Program-made: the position numbers and the translations under genes
The notes under the pieces: generated by a model
The model's input: the letters and a program-made list of their open reading frames with translations, nothing else
Told to the model about the DNA's origin: nothing
The model's database searches: none
DNA from: an uncultured Thermomicrobiales bacterium
GTDB taxonomy: Bacteria; Chloroflexota; Chloroflexia; Thermomicrobiales; CFX8
Length of the DNA stretch: 63,333 nucleotides
Reading direction: 5' to 3'
Assembly: GCA_964577155.1 (NCBI GenBank)
Contig: CAZNYB010000010.1
Span: 1 to 63,333, forward strand
In this document: positions 19,211 through 29,642 of the stretch, in pieces
Layout of the letters: each line of letters begins with the position of its first letter
How positions within the stretch are numbered: the stretch's first letter is position 1

Positions 19211-20527
19211 GTGGCTGAATGCCGTCCTTGTCACATACAAACTCAATGTTTGGCCGGTCTCAGATTCAGGTTGGGGATTGAATTGCGACATTCTCGAGTA
19301 GTCGTCACGATTACATTCATCCTGTTGGTTCTGATAGTTGCCTCTATTGTCGACTTCTCCCCAGCATTAGCCGCAAGATTTGATACTCCAGACATTACTG
19401 GCAGAAATGCCATTGTCGTCGATGCTGCCTCCGGACAGATACTGTATGAGAAACAAGCGACTACCAGAGTTGCTCCGGCTGGATTAACCAGACTCTTCAC
19501 CACGTTGCTGGCCCTTGAACTGGCGCCACTCAATCGATCGATGGAGGTACTGCCATCCGACGTTGAAGGCACAACCAATTCGGGAATTCAACCTGGAGAA
19601 TCATATACGTTGGAAGAATTGATCCATAGCATGGTGCTTGAAGATGATCTCGTTGCGACGATGGCAATCTCCCGAAATCTGGGCCAGGTAAATGCGGATG
19701 GAAGCGAATCAGCGGTTGATCGTTTCGTCGACATCGCCAATGACCGGCTGAAGACTCTGGGACTACAGAACACGAACCTCGAAAACCTATTCGGTCTTGA
19801 CCAGGTAGATCACTATAGTTCAGCTCGAGATGTCGCCGCAGCCACTTTGTACGCATATCGATCCCAGCCAGGATTCGATGCAATCATTGACGCCTCTGGC
19901 CGTCGATTGCACGAATCCGGTGTTGGCGACGTTGAGCAGTCGAGCAACACGTCAAGCAGTGTCCTGGGAGGAATTGTTGGCTCATCCGAAAATGCTGGAG
20001 CCTGTCTAGTCGAGATCGTTCAGCAAGATGGAAAAACTCTCATTGCTGTTGTTCTGGGCAGCACCTTTGACGCGCTTTCGTCAGACATGACGATCCTGAT
20101 TGATTTCGGGTTATCCTCGGCCGCGAACGCCACCTCGGTTCCATTTGGTCAGATCGCTTTCCCGGATCAACTGCCGGATAATCCACTGCCAGATCAGACC
20201 TCTGCCGTGCAATCGTTGCGAATTGCATCAAATGGTCAAACAACAGACGTCACATTGAAGTTGACGAACTCACCTGAACTCTGGACGAAGATAAAGTGGC
20301 CGCTCATCGCGATTCTGGTCTCAGTTGTTCTGCTGGTTTGCTGTGGGCAGCTGACCGTCTATCGACGGCATCAACGTCTGAGCAAACGCAATGCGGGCAG
20401 AAAAGTGGCGGTTGCTCCAGCGCATGGATTCAACGCCGAGACTCACGATCAACCATCGTCCGAGACAGTTCCGTTTCAGACGATCCAGCCTCTCATCACC
20501 TCGCAACGAGCTTACTCTGGAGACTAG
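19211..20527 (+). CDS. Peptidase S11 (DD-carboxypeptidase)-fold membrane protein with degenerate catalytic motifs
   Basis: Fold motifs AIVVDAASGQILYEK, HYSSARD and GACLV...LIAVVLG are present. SxxK reads GLTR and KTG reads IVG. C-terminal TM. Start uncertain. Confidence 0.8.
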   Translation: MAECRPCHIQTQCLAGLRFRLGIELRHSRVVVTITFILLVLIVASIVDFSPALAARFDTPDITGRNAIVVDAASGQILYEKQATTRVAPAGLTRLFTTLLALELAPLNRSMEVLPSDVEGTTNSGIQPGESYTLEELIHSMVLEDDLVATMAISRNLGQVNADGSESAVDRFVDIANDRLKTLGLQNTNLENLFGLDQVDHYSSARDVAAATLYAYRSQPGFDAIIDASGRRLHESGVGDVEQSSNTSSSVLGGIVGSSENAGACLVEIVQQDGKTLIAVVLGSTFDALSSDMTILIDFGLSSAANATSVPFGQIAFPDQLPDNPLPDQTSAVQSLRIASNGQTTDVTLKLTNSPELWTKIKWPLIAILVSVVLLVCCGQLTVYRRHQRLSKRNAGRKVAVAPAHGFNAETHDQPSSETVPFQTIQPLITSQRAYSGD

Positions 20528-20652
20528 CCTGGGTTGATCTAAAGACTGTCCTCAAACAGCTCCGTTCCTCGTGCTCATAGCCAGACTAAACAATCCAAGG
20601 ATCATCGCACAGAAAAAGCATGGACCATATGGATGCAAAGCTTCGGACTTAC

Positions 20653-20691
20653 TTGCCTGAAACCTCACAATATGATACGATTTGACTCAAG
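20653..20691 (+). promoter_or_regulatory. sigma70-type promoter of hspR-clpB with a HAIR half-site
   Basis: TTGCCT (20653-58), 17-bp spacer, TG-n-TACGAT (20676-81). ACTCAAG at 20685-91 is a perfect right half of the HspR operator CTTGAGT-N7-ACTCAAG; the left half is degenerate. Confidence 0.55.
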
Positions 20692-20728
20692 TTTGTTTAT
20701 GTTTTCATTGGCGAAAGCTGGAGGTCCG

Positions 20729-21103
20729 ATGCGTAGTAGTGAGCCGCTTTATGTCATTAGCGTCGCCGCGCGGCTGCTTCAATTGCACCCGCAAACGTTG
20801 CGGAAATACGAACGGGTTGGGTTTGTTGTACCTTCCCGGACCACCGGCAATCTTCGCCTTTACTCATCTGAAGATATCGAGCGACTTCAGCAAGTCAAGC
20901 GTCTGGTGGAGGACTACGGAGTCAATCTCGCCGGTGTCGAGATGGCGTTGCAAGTCACAGAATACGTCCGAGAATTACAGGACGAACTGCGATCGCATGA
21001 ACGAGAAGACTACGACAGTATTGCTGATGCGCTCAACGACGTACTTATCATGAACCAGGCGGATCCCGAATACACGCCTGAGGAAGACGGGAAGCAACAG
21101 TAA
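20729..21103 (+). CDS. hspR: Heat-shock repressor HspR (MerR family)
   Basis: YVISVAARLLQLHPQTLRKYER, PSRTTGNLRLYS, GVNLAGV; GGAGG RBS; immediately upstream of clpB. Confidence 0.9.
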   Translation: MRSSEPLYVISVAARLLQLHPQTLRKYERVGFVVPSRTTGNLRLYSSEDIERLQQVKRLVEDYGVNLAGVEMALQVTEYVRELQDELRSHEREDYDSIADALNDVLIMNQADPEYTPEEDGKQQ

Positions 21104-21106
21104 TTT

Positions 21107-23713
21107 ATGAACCCAAACCTATTGACGGAAAAAGCACAGGAAGCAATCGTCCAGGCACAACGTCTTGCCGAAGATCATCATCACGCAACACTGGACGTCG
21201 ATCACCTCATGTACGCGTTAATTGCCCAACCCGGCGGAGTGATTCCGCGGGCGGTCGAATTGCTGGATATTTCGACGAATGATCTATTAGCGGGTTTGGC
21301 GGATATCCTGGACGGCATGCCAACACTACAGTATTCAGCACAGGCGTCGCTCAGCGGCGACTTTCGCAAAACGTTGCAAGGCGCGGAAGATGAAATGCGC
21401 TCCTTTGGAGACGACTACATCTCGGCGGAACATTTGTTTCTGGCCGGACTCAAAGATAGCGGCAACAAATCGGTTAAGTATCTAGGATCAGCTGGTGTCA
21501 CAAGAGAGCGTTTTCTGAATGCCTTGACCCGTATCCGTGGTTCCCACCGGGTCACTGACCAGAACCCGGAAAATCAATATGAAGCGCTGGAAAAGTACGG
21601 CCGGGATCTGACCGAACTGGCACAGTCCAACAAGCTGGACCCGGTGATCGGAAGAGACGAAGAGATACGCAGAGTCATCCAGGTGCTTAGCCGCCGGACG
21701 AAAAATAATCCGGTGCTCATCGGCGAGCCAGGTGTTGGCAAGACAGCGATCGTTGAAGGCCTTGCCCAGCGCATCGTTCGGGGTGACGTTCCTGAAGGAC
21801 TGATCGACAAGACAATTATCGCCCTCGACTTCGGACAGATGATTGCCGGTGCGAAATATCGCGGAGAATTTGAAGAACGGCTCAAAGCGGTTCTGAAGGA
21901 AATCCAGGACTCGGCTGGCCAGATCATCGTCTTTATCGACGAATTGCACACCGTCGTCGGAGCTGGCGCAGCTGAAGGTGCTATGGACGCCGGGAATATG
22001 CTGAAGCCAATGCTCGCTCGAGGTGAGCTGCATGCCATCGGCGCAACGACGCTTGATGAATACCGCAAGCATATCGAGAAAGACGCTGCTCTCGAGCGGA
22101 GATTTCAGACCGTCTTCGTCGGTGAGCCAAGCGTCGAAGATACTATTTCCATCCTTCGTGGGCTGCGTGAGCGGTACGAAGTGCATCACAATGTCCGGAT
22201 ACTGGACAATGCGCTTGTTTCGGCCGCCGTCCTTTCCAACCGCTACATCACCGGCCGGTTTTTGCCAGACAAAGCGATCGACCTGGTTGACGAGGCTGCC
22301 TCTAAACTTCGGATGGAGATTACGAGCATGCCGGTCGAGTTGGATGAACTGTCTCGACGAATTATGCAGCTGGAAATAGAACGTGAAGCGCTACGTAAAG
22401 AAAAGGATGAGCCGTCCAAAAAACGACTCAAGGAGCTTGAGGCCGAACTGGCTAACAAGCAGGAGGAGAGCGACGCTCTCACGGCTCAGTGGGAACGAGA
22501 ACGACAGTTGATCCAGGATGTCGCCGACCTGAAGTCCGAGATTGAACAGACTCGGACTGAGATGGAATTGGCGCAGAGGACAGCGGACTACGCTCGGGCT
22601 TCCGAGCTTCAGTACGGAAAACTGTCTGACTTGGAAGCAAGGCTCCGCGAACGAGAGCACTCAATCGTTGACACAACTGTCGAAGGGCGGCTGCTAAAAG
22701 AAGAGGTCGATAGCGAGGATATTGCTGATGTTGTCGCGCGCTGGACTGGAATACCGGTAAGCCGGCTGATGGAAGGTGAAATTGAGAAGCTGATCCATAT
22801 GGAGCAGCGCCTTCATGAGCGCGTTGTTGGACAGGATGAAGCTGTTGCAGCAGTATCAAACGCCATTAGACGGGCCCGTGCTGGACTGCAAGATCCAAAC
22901 CGGCCACTCGGATCATTTATCTTCCTGGGCCCAACCGGTGTCGGTAAAACCGAACTTGCGCGATCACTCGCCCAGTTTCTGTTCGATGATGAACAGGCCA
23001 TGGTCCGGATCGACATGTCGGAGTACATGGAGCGTCACGCGGTAGCGCGGCTTATCGGCGCGCCTCCCGGCTACGTCGGCTATGAAGAGGGTGGTCAACT
23101 TTCCGAAGCCGTCCGCCGCAGGCCATATTCGGTCATACTTTTTGACGAGATTGAAAAAGCACATCCTGAGGTGTTCAACATCCTCTTACAGGTGCTGGAC
23201 GACGGCAGGCTGACTGACGGTCAGGGACGAACGGTTGATTTTCGAAACACCGTCATCATCATGACCAGTAACCTTGGTTCAAGCTATCTGGTAGGCAACG
23301 TGACGGACGAGGGAGAAACTCGTGAACGGGTCATGGAAGCACTTCATGCGTCGTTCCGTCCAGAGTTCCTGAACCGCGTCGATGAAATCGTCATCTTCAA
23401 AGCGCTAACCAGAGACGAGATAACCTCAATCGTTGAGATTCAGCTCGAGTATGTGAAAGATCGATTAGCCGACCGCGACATACAGCTGCAGCTTACCGAT
23501 GATGCCCGGACCTGGCTTGCTAACAAGGGCTATGACCCGGTGTTTGGAGCGCGGCCACTAAAGAGAGTGATTCAAAAAGAGCTTCTCGACCCGCTGGCTA
23601 TGAAGCTGCTCGATGGCGATATCCAGGATGGCGAAACAGTGACGGTTGAAACAGGCCTGGACGGTCAGCTCAATATTCGCGGCTCGCTTGTAACCGCTGA
23701 TATCGTCGCCTGA
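21107..23713 (+). CDS. clpB: ATP-dependent chaperone ClpB
   Basis: Two AAA modules (GEPGVGKT; GPTGVGKT), KYRGEFEER, and a long coiled-coil middle domain. Confidence 0.98.
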   Translation: MNPNLLTEKAQEAIVQAQRLAEDHHHATLDVDHLMYALIAQPGGVIPRAVELLDISTNDLLAGLADILDGMPTLQYSAQASLSGDFRKTLQGAEDEMRSFGDDYISAEHLFLAGLKDSGNKSVKYLGSAGVTRERFLNALTRIRGSHRVTDQNPENQYEALEKYGRDLTELAQSNKLDPVIGRDEEIRRVIQVLSRRTKNNPVLIGEPGVGKTAIVEGLAQRIVRGDVPEGLIDKTIIALDFGQMIAGAKYRGEFEERLKAVLKEIQDSAGQIIVFIDELHTVVGAGAAEGAMDAGNMLKPMLARGELHAIGATTLDEYRKHIEKDAALERRFQTVFVGEPSVEDTISILRGLRERYEVHHNVRILDNALVSAAVLSNRYITGRFLPDKAIDLVDEAASKLRMEITSMPVELDELSRRIMQLEIEREALRKEKDEPSKKRLKELEAELANKQEESDALTAQWERERQLIQDVADLKSEIEQTRTEMELAQRTADYARASELQYGKLSDLEARLREREHSIVDTTVEGRLLKEEVDSEDIADVVARWTGIPVSRLMEGEIEKLIHMEQRLHERVVGQDEAVAAVSNAIRRARAGLQDPNRPLGSFIFLGPTGVGKTELARSLAQFLFDDEQAMVRIDMSEYMERHAVARLIGAPPGYVGYEEGGQLSEAVRRRPYSVILFDEIEKAHPEVFNILLQVLDDGRLTDGQGRTVDFRNTVIIMTSNLGSSYLVGNVTDEGETRERVMEALHASFRPEFLNRVDEIVIFKALTRDEITSIVEIQLEYVKDRLADRDIQLQLTDDARTWLANKGYDPVFGARPLKRVIQKELLDPLAMKLLDGDIQDGETVTVETGLDGQLNIRGSLVTADIVA

Positions 23714-23739
23714 TAAATGCTGAAATAAGCGTATACTTG

Positions 23740-23776
23740 ACGGGCTACCAGCGTTTGCCGGGTAGCCCGTTTGTTT
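23740..23776 (+). terminator. Intrinsic terminator after clpB
   Basis: 10-bp stem ACGGGCTACC/GGTAGCCCGT followed by TTGTTT. Confidence 0.75.
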
Positions 23777-23810
23777 ACCGTGCAATTGCGGAAAAGAGTG
23801 GATTATCTTC

Positions 23811-23945
23811 ATGGACATCGTATGGGATCTGCTGAAATCCGCACTGACCCTTGGGTTTCTATTCTTTATTCTGCTGGCGATCGCGGTGCTATTTATTGTG
23901 GTCTTCAAAGTAGCCACCGATATCGATGATCGGATGCAGATCTAA
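23811..23945 (+). CDS. Putative 44-aa single-TM small protein
   Basis: Below the ORF-track cutoff. MDIVWDLLKSALTLGFLFFILLAIAVLFIVVFKVATDIDDRMQI; clean hydrophobic helix; purine-rich GAAAAGAGTGG upstream. Confidence 0.55.
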   Translation: MDIVWDLLKSALTLGFLFFILLAIAVLFIVVFKVATDIDDRMQI

Positions 23946-24075
23946 AGATTTCTGATTTAACGGTCGAATAAGCGCTCCGGAACCTTTCCGTGATCGAAGT
24001 CGTCTATCCCACAACTGGTGAAAAACGACTTCACACCGTTGCACTTCGACGGTAGATCGGAAAGGTCTCGCTCTT

Positions 24076-25071
24076 ATGTTCAACTCACTTCATCGCCGAC
24101 TCATCTCGAGACACTGGTACTTCGCGGCAATGCCGCTACTCGCGCTGGTGTTCGTTGCCTGTGGTGGAGGCAGTCAATTCGAAGTTGGAGGTGACTCGTC
24201 GTCGGAAGAAATGATTCAAGCGACGCCAGCCGCGGCGGTTGGTTCGAATGAGTTTGCTGAACCGGAAGCGTATGACGCAGGTTCAGACAGCGAATCAGAT
24301 GAAGCCTCGGACGGATCGCGAACTAATACGATTGCCTCGTCAATCAACTTCGATCGCTTCATTATTCGATCGTCCCAACTGACACTAACCGTCGAGGATG
24401 TCGGCGATGCTACCGTGTGGGTTCGTGACCTGGCTACACGCAGACAAGGGTTTGTCTTCTCTTCTAGCAGCTACACAGAAGAAATGCACCAGTATGCGCA
24501 GGTCACGATTCGAGTGCCAGCTGAGCAATTCGACGGCACGTTGTCTGAACTGCAGTCCGCTCCATTCGTGGTTCAAGTTGAACGAGAAGAAAGCTCATCT
24601 CAGGATGTTTCGGCCGAGTATGTAGACAACGAAAGCCGGTTGACCGCGCTTGAAGAGACCGAGCGTCGCTATCTCACACTGCTCTCAGAAGCGGATACGA
24701 TTGATGAAATTCTTCGGGTTGAGTACGAACTGAACACGATCCGCACCGAAATTGAATCAATCCAGGGTCGCCAGAACTACCTCGATGAGATGACTGCCTA
24801 TTCGACGATTTCTGTGACTTTGCAACCAGAAGCTGGGCTGGCTTCGCTACCTGATGGTGACAATACAGGCTTTTTCGGGACTATCTTTGGCGATGCCTGG
24901 GATACCAGCGAAGGCGTTCTCCAGGCAGTGCTGACTGTCTCGCTGACCGCCGGTATCGTCGGACTGGTGCTACTGCCCTTCGCAGTTGCCGGGTATCTGC
25001 TGTTTCGACTCGCCCGATCTCGTTTCCGACGGCCAGCGTCCCCCGAACCTGATCCTCAGACAACCCAGTAG
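24076..25071 (+). CDS. DUF4349-family lipoprotein with C-terminal TM
   Basis: Lipobox FVAC; IIRSSQLTLTV, IRVPAEQF, DVSAEYVD and YSTISV pattern. Confidence 0.82.
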   Translation: MFNSLHRRLISRHWYFAAMPLLALVFVACGGGSQFEVGGDSSSEEMIQATPAAAVGSNEFAEPEAYDAGSDSESDEASDGSRTNTIASSINFDRFIIRSSQLTLTVEDVGDATVWVRDLATRRQGFVFSSSSYTEEMHQYAQVTIRVPAEQFDGTLSELQSAPFVVQVEREESSSQDVSAEYVDNESRLTALEETERRYLTLLSEADTIDEILRVEYELNTIRTEIESIQGRQNYLDEMTAYSTISVTLQPEAGLASLPDGDNTGFFGTIFGDAWDTSEGVLQAVLTVSLTAGIVGLVLLPFAVAGYLLFRLARSRFRRPASPEPDPQTTQ

Positions 25072-26262
25072 CTAAGCACTGAGCAACGCTAAGCTGCAAA
25101 GAGCGTATGCTCGAGTAGCCTCCATAACTTCATCGATTCCTACCCACTCATCCGGCACGTGTGCCAGGGCAGGATCGCCAGGACCATAGATGATTGTCGG
25201 GATACCGGCGGCCGCGAAATGGCGGCCGTCGGTTGCCATGTTATATCCGGTCGGTGTCGGATCGATGCCAAGTTCCTGATTCGCTTGCTGCATCGCTTTC
25301 ACGATCGGGGAGCTGTCGTCCAGCAGCGTAGCCCGTCCTCCGATCTGACCTTCTACTTCAACTCTCATTCCTGGAATATTCACGATTGCCCGTTCTGCAA
25401 CGAGTCGTATCTCTTCGGTCGCCTCTTCAGATGTTTCAGAGGGCAATATCCGGCGATCGATGTAGATCGTGCATTTGTCGGGAACGACATTCGTTTTGAC
25501 GCCGCCTTCAATCTGGCTGATCGTCGCTGTTGACGGAACTTCGAACGGTGCTTGCTTGCGGCCTGCCAGTTTTGGCCAGAGTTCTTGTTGCAATGCGGTA
25601 ATTACCATGGCCATCCCTTCAATTGCCGGGACGCCATTCCAGGGGATCGCCGCGTGCGCCGCTCTGCCATAGACCGTTACCCTCACGCCAGCGCCGCCAC
25701 GTTCTCCAACACAAATTCGATTGAGTGTCTGTTCCCCCGCCACGACAAAATCAGGAAGCGGGTCCAGGTGCTGAACGGTATACAGCGCGCCATGCCGTCC
25801 ACCGGTTTCTTCGTCTCCGCAGGCATTGACTATGATCGAGCCATGTATCGGTACGCCGGACCGAACGACAGCTATTGCGCCCATGATCTGGGCTGCCATG
25901 CTGGCTTTGTCGTCCCCGGCTCCACGACCATAGACTTTACCGTCTGAAATGTGTGCCTCAAAGGGCGGAAACGTCCAGGCGCTTTCTTCACCGGTCGGCA
26001 CCACATCAACATGAGCGTTGTACAAAACAGTTGGTCCTGAGGCTCCGCGATAACGGGCCACCAGATTTGGGACGTGGTCGAGCTCTCCCAGTGTCGAACA
26101 GTCGAATCCTTCAGCGGCTAGTATGTCTGAGCAGATCTGGATCGACGCTCTAACATCACCTGGCGGATTCACCGAGGCGTCCTTGACCAGTGCCCGTAAC
26201 AGTTCGATCGTTTCATCTTCGTTGATGTGTTTGAGAATCGAGTCAATTGCCTTTGTCTGCAT
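25072..26262 (-). CDS. M20 family metallo-hydrolase (ArgE/DapE-like deacylase)
   Basis: HVDVVP, GRGAGDDK, DEETGG, AHVPDE. Confidence 0.9.
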   Translation of the reverse strand: MQTKAIDSILKHINEDETIELLRALVKDASVNPPGDVRASIQICSDILAAEGFDCSTLGELDHVPNLVARYRGASGPTVLYNAHVDVVPTGEESAWTFPPFEAHISDGKVYGRGAGDDKASMAAQIMGAIAVVRSGVPIHGSIIVNACGDEETGGRHGALYTVQHLDPLPDFVVAGEQTLNRICVGERGGAGVRVTVYGRAAHAAIPWNGVPAIEGMAMVITALQQELWPKLAGRKQAPFEVPSTATISQIEGGVKTNVVPDKCTIYIDRRILPSETSEEATEEIRLVAERAIVNIPGMRVEVEGQIGGRATLLDDSSPIVKAMQQANQELGIDPTPTGYNMATDGRHFAAAGIPTIIYGPGDPALAHVPDEWVGIDEVMEATRAYALCSLALLSA

Positions 26263-26377
26263 TTCAATGCCTTCCAGGTTTCATGTTGCCAATGGCAAGC
26301 AGTGTAGCATCGTGCCGTGTGATACAGTCCGCCGCGTAGTGTTTCAGCAGGAGTCGCCAGGCACGAAAGGAAACAGC

Positions 26378-27184
26378 ATGCATCGCGAACCTGAGTGGTT
26401 CAGTGAGATACGCGGATTTGTCATCGACATGGATGGCGTCCTCTATCGTGGATCCGCTCTCATTCCAGAGGTGCCGAGATTTCTTGATAGCCTGGCCCTG
26501 GCTGGAATCACGTACATGATGGCGACGAACAACGCGACTGCAACGCCTGCAGACTACGAACGAAAACTCGCCAGAATGGGAGTTGACGTACCGGCTGCGC
26601 ACATCCTTACTTCAGCGCTTGCGACCGCGGCTCACCTGCGGGCTACCTACCCTTCCGGGAGCAAGGCATACGTCGTCGGAATGCAAGCACTTCGTGACGC
26701 GGTATTCGGTGATGGGCATTTCGTGGAAGACTGGCAGGATGCCGATGTTGTTGTCTCTGGCGCTGACTTTGAACTTCGTTATGATGATCTGAAATACGCT
26801 TGCCTGGGTATTCGCGGTGGAGCAGATTATGTCGTCACCAATGCGGACACAACATTTCCATCTGAAGAAGGGATTATTCCTGGTTCGGGGGCAATTGTTG
26901 CTGCGCTCGTGGCTGCCACAAACGCCGAGCCTACCGTCGTGGGAAAACCAAGTCAGGTGATGGTTGACAACTGTCTTGAAATGATGGGACTACAACCTGA
27001 ACAGGCAGCGATGCTTGGAGACAGGCTCGATACTGACATCCTGGCAGGCCAGCGCGCAGGTATGAAGACGATTATGGTTCTAACTGGCATATCGTCTGAA
27101 CTTGACATTGAGGAAACTGGTATTACGCCAGATCTAGTGTTGCCAGATCTCGATCCGCTCAGCGATTGGATCTCGGCAAGATGA
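26378..27184 (+). CDS. HAD-IIA family phosphatase (NagD-like)
   Basis: DMDGVLY, TNN, GKPS, GDRLDTDI. Start at MHREP after AAGGAAA. Confidence 0.92.
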   Translation: MHREPEWFSEIRGFVIDMDGVLYRGSALIPEVPRFLDSLALAGITYMMATNNATATPADYERKLARMGVDVPAAHILTSALATAAHLRATYPSGSKAYVVGMQALRDAVFGDGHFVEDWQDADVVVSGADFELRYDDLKYACLGIRGGADYVVTNADTTFPSEEGIIPGSGAIVAALVAATNAEPTVVGKPSQVMVDNCLEMMGLQPEQAAMLGDRLDTDILAGQRAGMKTIMVLTGISSELDIEETGITPDLVLPDLDPLSDWISAR

Positions 27185-28005
27185 ACCTGGATCAGACTTC
27201 ATACAGCATCAACGATCCGGTCAAAATTCAGGGACGGGACGAGGTACTCGTTGAACAACGTTCCCTCGCTGCATTAAGGCTTAGCTACGCGCTGGATGCT
27301 CTACCGGGACCTGGCAACTGGATTCTGATGCCTGGCGCTGGAGCCGGAAGATATGCCAGGGCGTTCGCAAGACATTTTCCACAATCAACAATCACGGCAG
27401 GTGATTTGAGCTCCCTTGCGGTTAAAGAGGCAAAGGAACTTGGTGGAGGACCAGAATATCAGGTTTTCGATGTCTCCAGCATGCCGTTTGCCAGCGCATC
27501 TTACGACAGCGTGGTGTTTTTTGATCTGCTTGAACACGTTCCATCACCACAAACTGTGCTGTCCGAATGCTTCAGGGTGCTTCGTCCGGGTGGGGTGCTC
27601 CATTTTTTTGTCCCGCTTGAAGCCCAACCTTCCACCTTGTACCGTCTTCTTCAAGATGACAGATGGATTCCGATCCATCACTGGAAACAGGAACACGTTG
27701 GCCATATTCAGCGATTTACTTCAACAGAGGTGTTGAAACTCTGCTGGTCGGCTGGGTTTCTCGTTACCGATCTCAAATTTTCATTTCACATGGCAGGCCA
27801 GGTTCACGACATAGTCGACTACTGGCATCGTGAACGTAGCCGGGACACATCAAGCGGAAAACTTCCATTACCGGCCGTGCGAGCAGTTTCGAGACTGATC
27901 ATGATGGCTACCTGGAGACTCGCCTATCTGGAAGACAGAATGTATCGTGGGTCTGCACTTGCTTCCGGACTGCATGTCACCGCCACCAAACCATCCACCA
28001 GCTAG
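27181..28005 (+). CDS. Class I SAM-dependent methyltransferase
   Basis: GAGAG, GDLS, YDSVVFFDLLEHV, RVLRPGG; ATGA overlap with the HAD gene. Confidence 0.85.
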   Translation: MNLDQTSYSINDPVKIQGRDEVLVEQRSLAALRLSYALDALPGPGNWILMPGAGAGRYARAFARHFPQSTITAGDLSSLAVKEAKELGGGPEYQVFDVSSMPFASASYDSVVFFDLLEHVPSPQTVLSECFRVLRPGGVLHFFVPLEAQPSTLYRLLQDDRWIPIHHWKQEHVGHIQRFTSTEVLKLCWSAGFLVTDLKFSFHMAGQVHDIVDYWHRERSRDTSSGKLPLPAVRAVSRLIMMATWRLAYLEDRMYRGSALASGLHVTATKPSTS

Positions 28006-28094
28006 TGCTAGAATCTCAAAACACCGTTGAAGCATCATGCAGTAGCCACATACATGTTGGCTTGGAATATCGGTACAGAGGCAGGTAGGCATTC

Positions 28095-29642
28095 TTGAAC
28101 GAAGAACCGTCGGGACATTCTTCAGTATCTCTTGACGGTCGCAGTCTGTCGCTCCAGCAGATCGAACAGATTGCCCGGGACCGCGCTACCGTTTCTCTGT
28201 CCGACTCAACACTAGACAACATTCGCGCCGGGTTGCAGGTAGTAGCGCATTACGTTGATTCCGGCACTCCCGGATATGGAATCAACACCGGCGTTGGCTC
28301 ACTCAGCGACCGAACAATTTCCGCTCACCAGATTCACGATCTTCAAGAAAACCTCCTCAACAGTCACGCCAGCGGAACTGGCGATCGATTCCCTGATGAA
28401 GTCGTCAGAGCAGCCATGGCAATTCGATCGAATTCGCTGGCACTCGGACACTCTGGCGTCCGACCAGAAGTCATTGAATCCATTCTGACGTTGTTGAACA
28501 ACAACTTGATACCGTGCGTGCCCGACCAGGGGTCCCTGGGCGCAAGCGGAGATCTCGCGCCGCTGGCTCATATGGCGCTCCCGCTCATCGGGCTTGGAAC
28601 AGTCGCAAGTGACGGCGTTGTCCTGGATTCAGCGCATGCTCTTGCCCAAAACAACATCGTCAGACTCAAGTTGGAGGCAAAGGAAGCACTTGCTCTGATG
28701 AATGGCACACAGTTCATCTCGGCGCTGGCTACTCTGGCTCTTCTGGATGCAGAGCGGCTCCTTCAAAGCGCAATCTCAGTGTCGGCACTAAGCATGACGG
28801 CGCTCGGGGCACTACAAACGCCGTTTGATAGCCGGCTGCATGCCATCAGACCTCATCCGGGCCAGGTCAATGTTGCCCACACTTTGAGGTGGTTGCTCAG
28901 CAACTCCTCTGACGCATACGGAAAGAGAATGACTGCTCGGGTTCAGGATCCGTACTCGATTCGTTGTATCCCGCAAGTTTTCGGAGGGATCGAAGAGGCA
29001 CTGGCGCCGTTGCGATCCAGTCTCGAGATCGAGATCAACTCGGCGACGGATAACCCGCTCGTCTTTTTCGAAGACAACGCAGTCATTTCAGGTGGAAACT
29101 TCCACGGACACCCGCTGGCGTTGAAGATCGACGCCGCCAAAATTGCAATCGCCTCACTCGGCACGGTAAATGAGCGGCGCATTTCGCTACTCGTTGACGG
29201 TGTCGACCATGGATTGCCTAGATTTCTGGTGACTGAACCAGGCATCAATTCCGGATTTATGCTCGCGCACTACCTGACAGCAGGACTGGTTGCGGAAAAC
29301 CGCATCCTTTCCCACCCGGCCAGTGTCGATTCAATTCCAACCTCAGCGAATATCGAAGACTACAACAGCATGGGAACGATTGCCGCACGTCATTTCAGAC
29401 AAATCGTCCACAACGTCGAAAAAATTCTGGCAGTTGAAGCCCTGTGCGCCGCGCAGGCATGTGATCTTGTCGGCATAGTGCCAACAGGACCGTTGGGTTC
29501 CGTCTACGCCAGCATTCGAGAAGCTGCAACGTTTATGGAGACCGACGACCGAATCATCTCAACTGACATCGATCGAACAACACTGCAAATTAAAAAGGGA
29601 GCACTCATCGCTGTCCCTGAACTGGAAAGAGAGCCACAATGA
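28095..29642 (+). CDS. hutH: Histidine ammonia-lyase
   Basis: YGINTG, MIO-forming [32 protein letters not shown]; coupled to hutU. Confidence 0.92.
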   Translation: MNEEPSGHSSVSLDGRSLSLQQIEQIARDRATVSLSDSTLDNIRAGLQVVAHYVDSGTPGYGINTGVGSLSDRTISAHQIHDLQENLLNSHASGTGDRFPDEVVRAAMAIRSNSLALGHSGVRPEVIESILTLLNNNLIPCVPDQGSLGASGDLAPLAHMALPLIGLGTVASDGVVLDSAHALAQNNIVRLKLEAKEALALMNGTQFISALATLALLDAERLLQSAISVSALSMTALGALQTPFDSRLHAIRPHPGQVNVAHTLRWLLSNSSDAYGKRMTARVQDPYSIRCIPQVFGGIEEALAPLRSSLEIEINSATDNPLVFFEDNAVISGGNFHGHPLALKIDAAKIAIASLGTVNERRISLLVDGVDHGLPRFLVTEPGINSGFMLAHYLTAGLVAENRILSHPASVDSIPTSANIEDYNSMGTIAARHFRQIVHNVEKILAVEALCAAQACDLVGIVPTGPLGSVYASIREAATFMETDDRIISTDIDRTTLQIKKGALIAVPELEREPQ

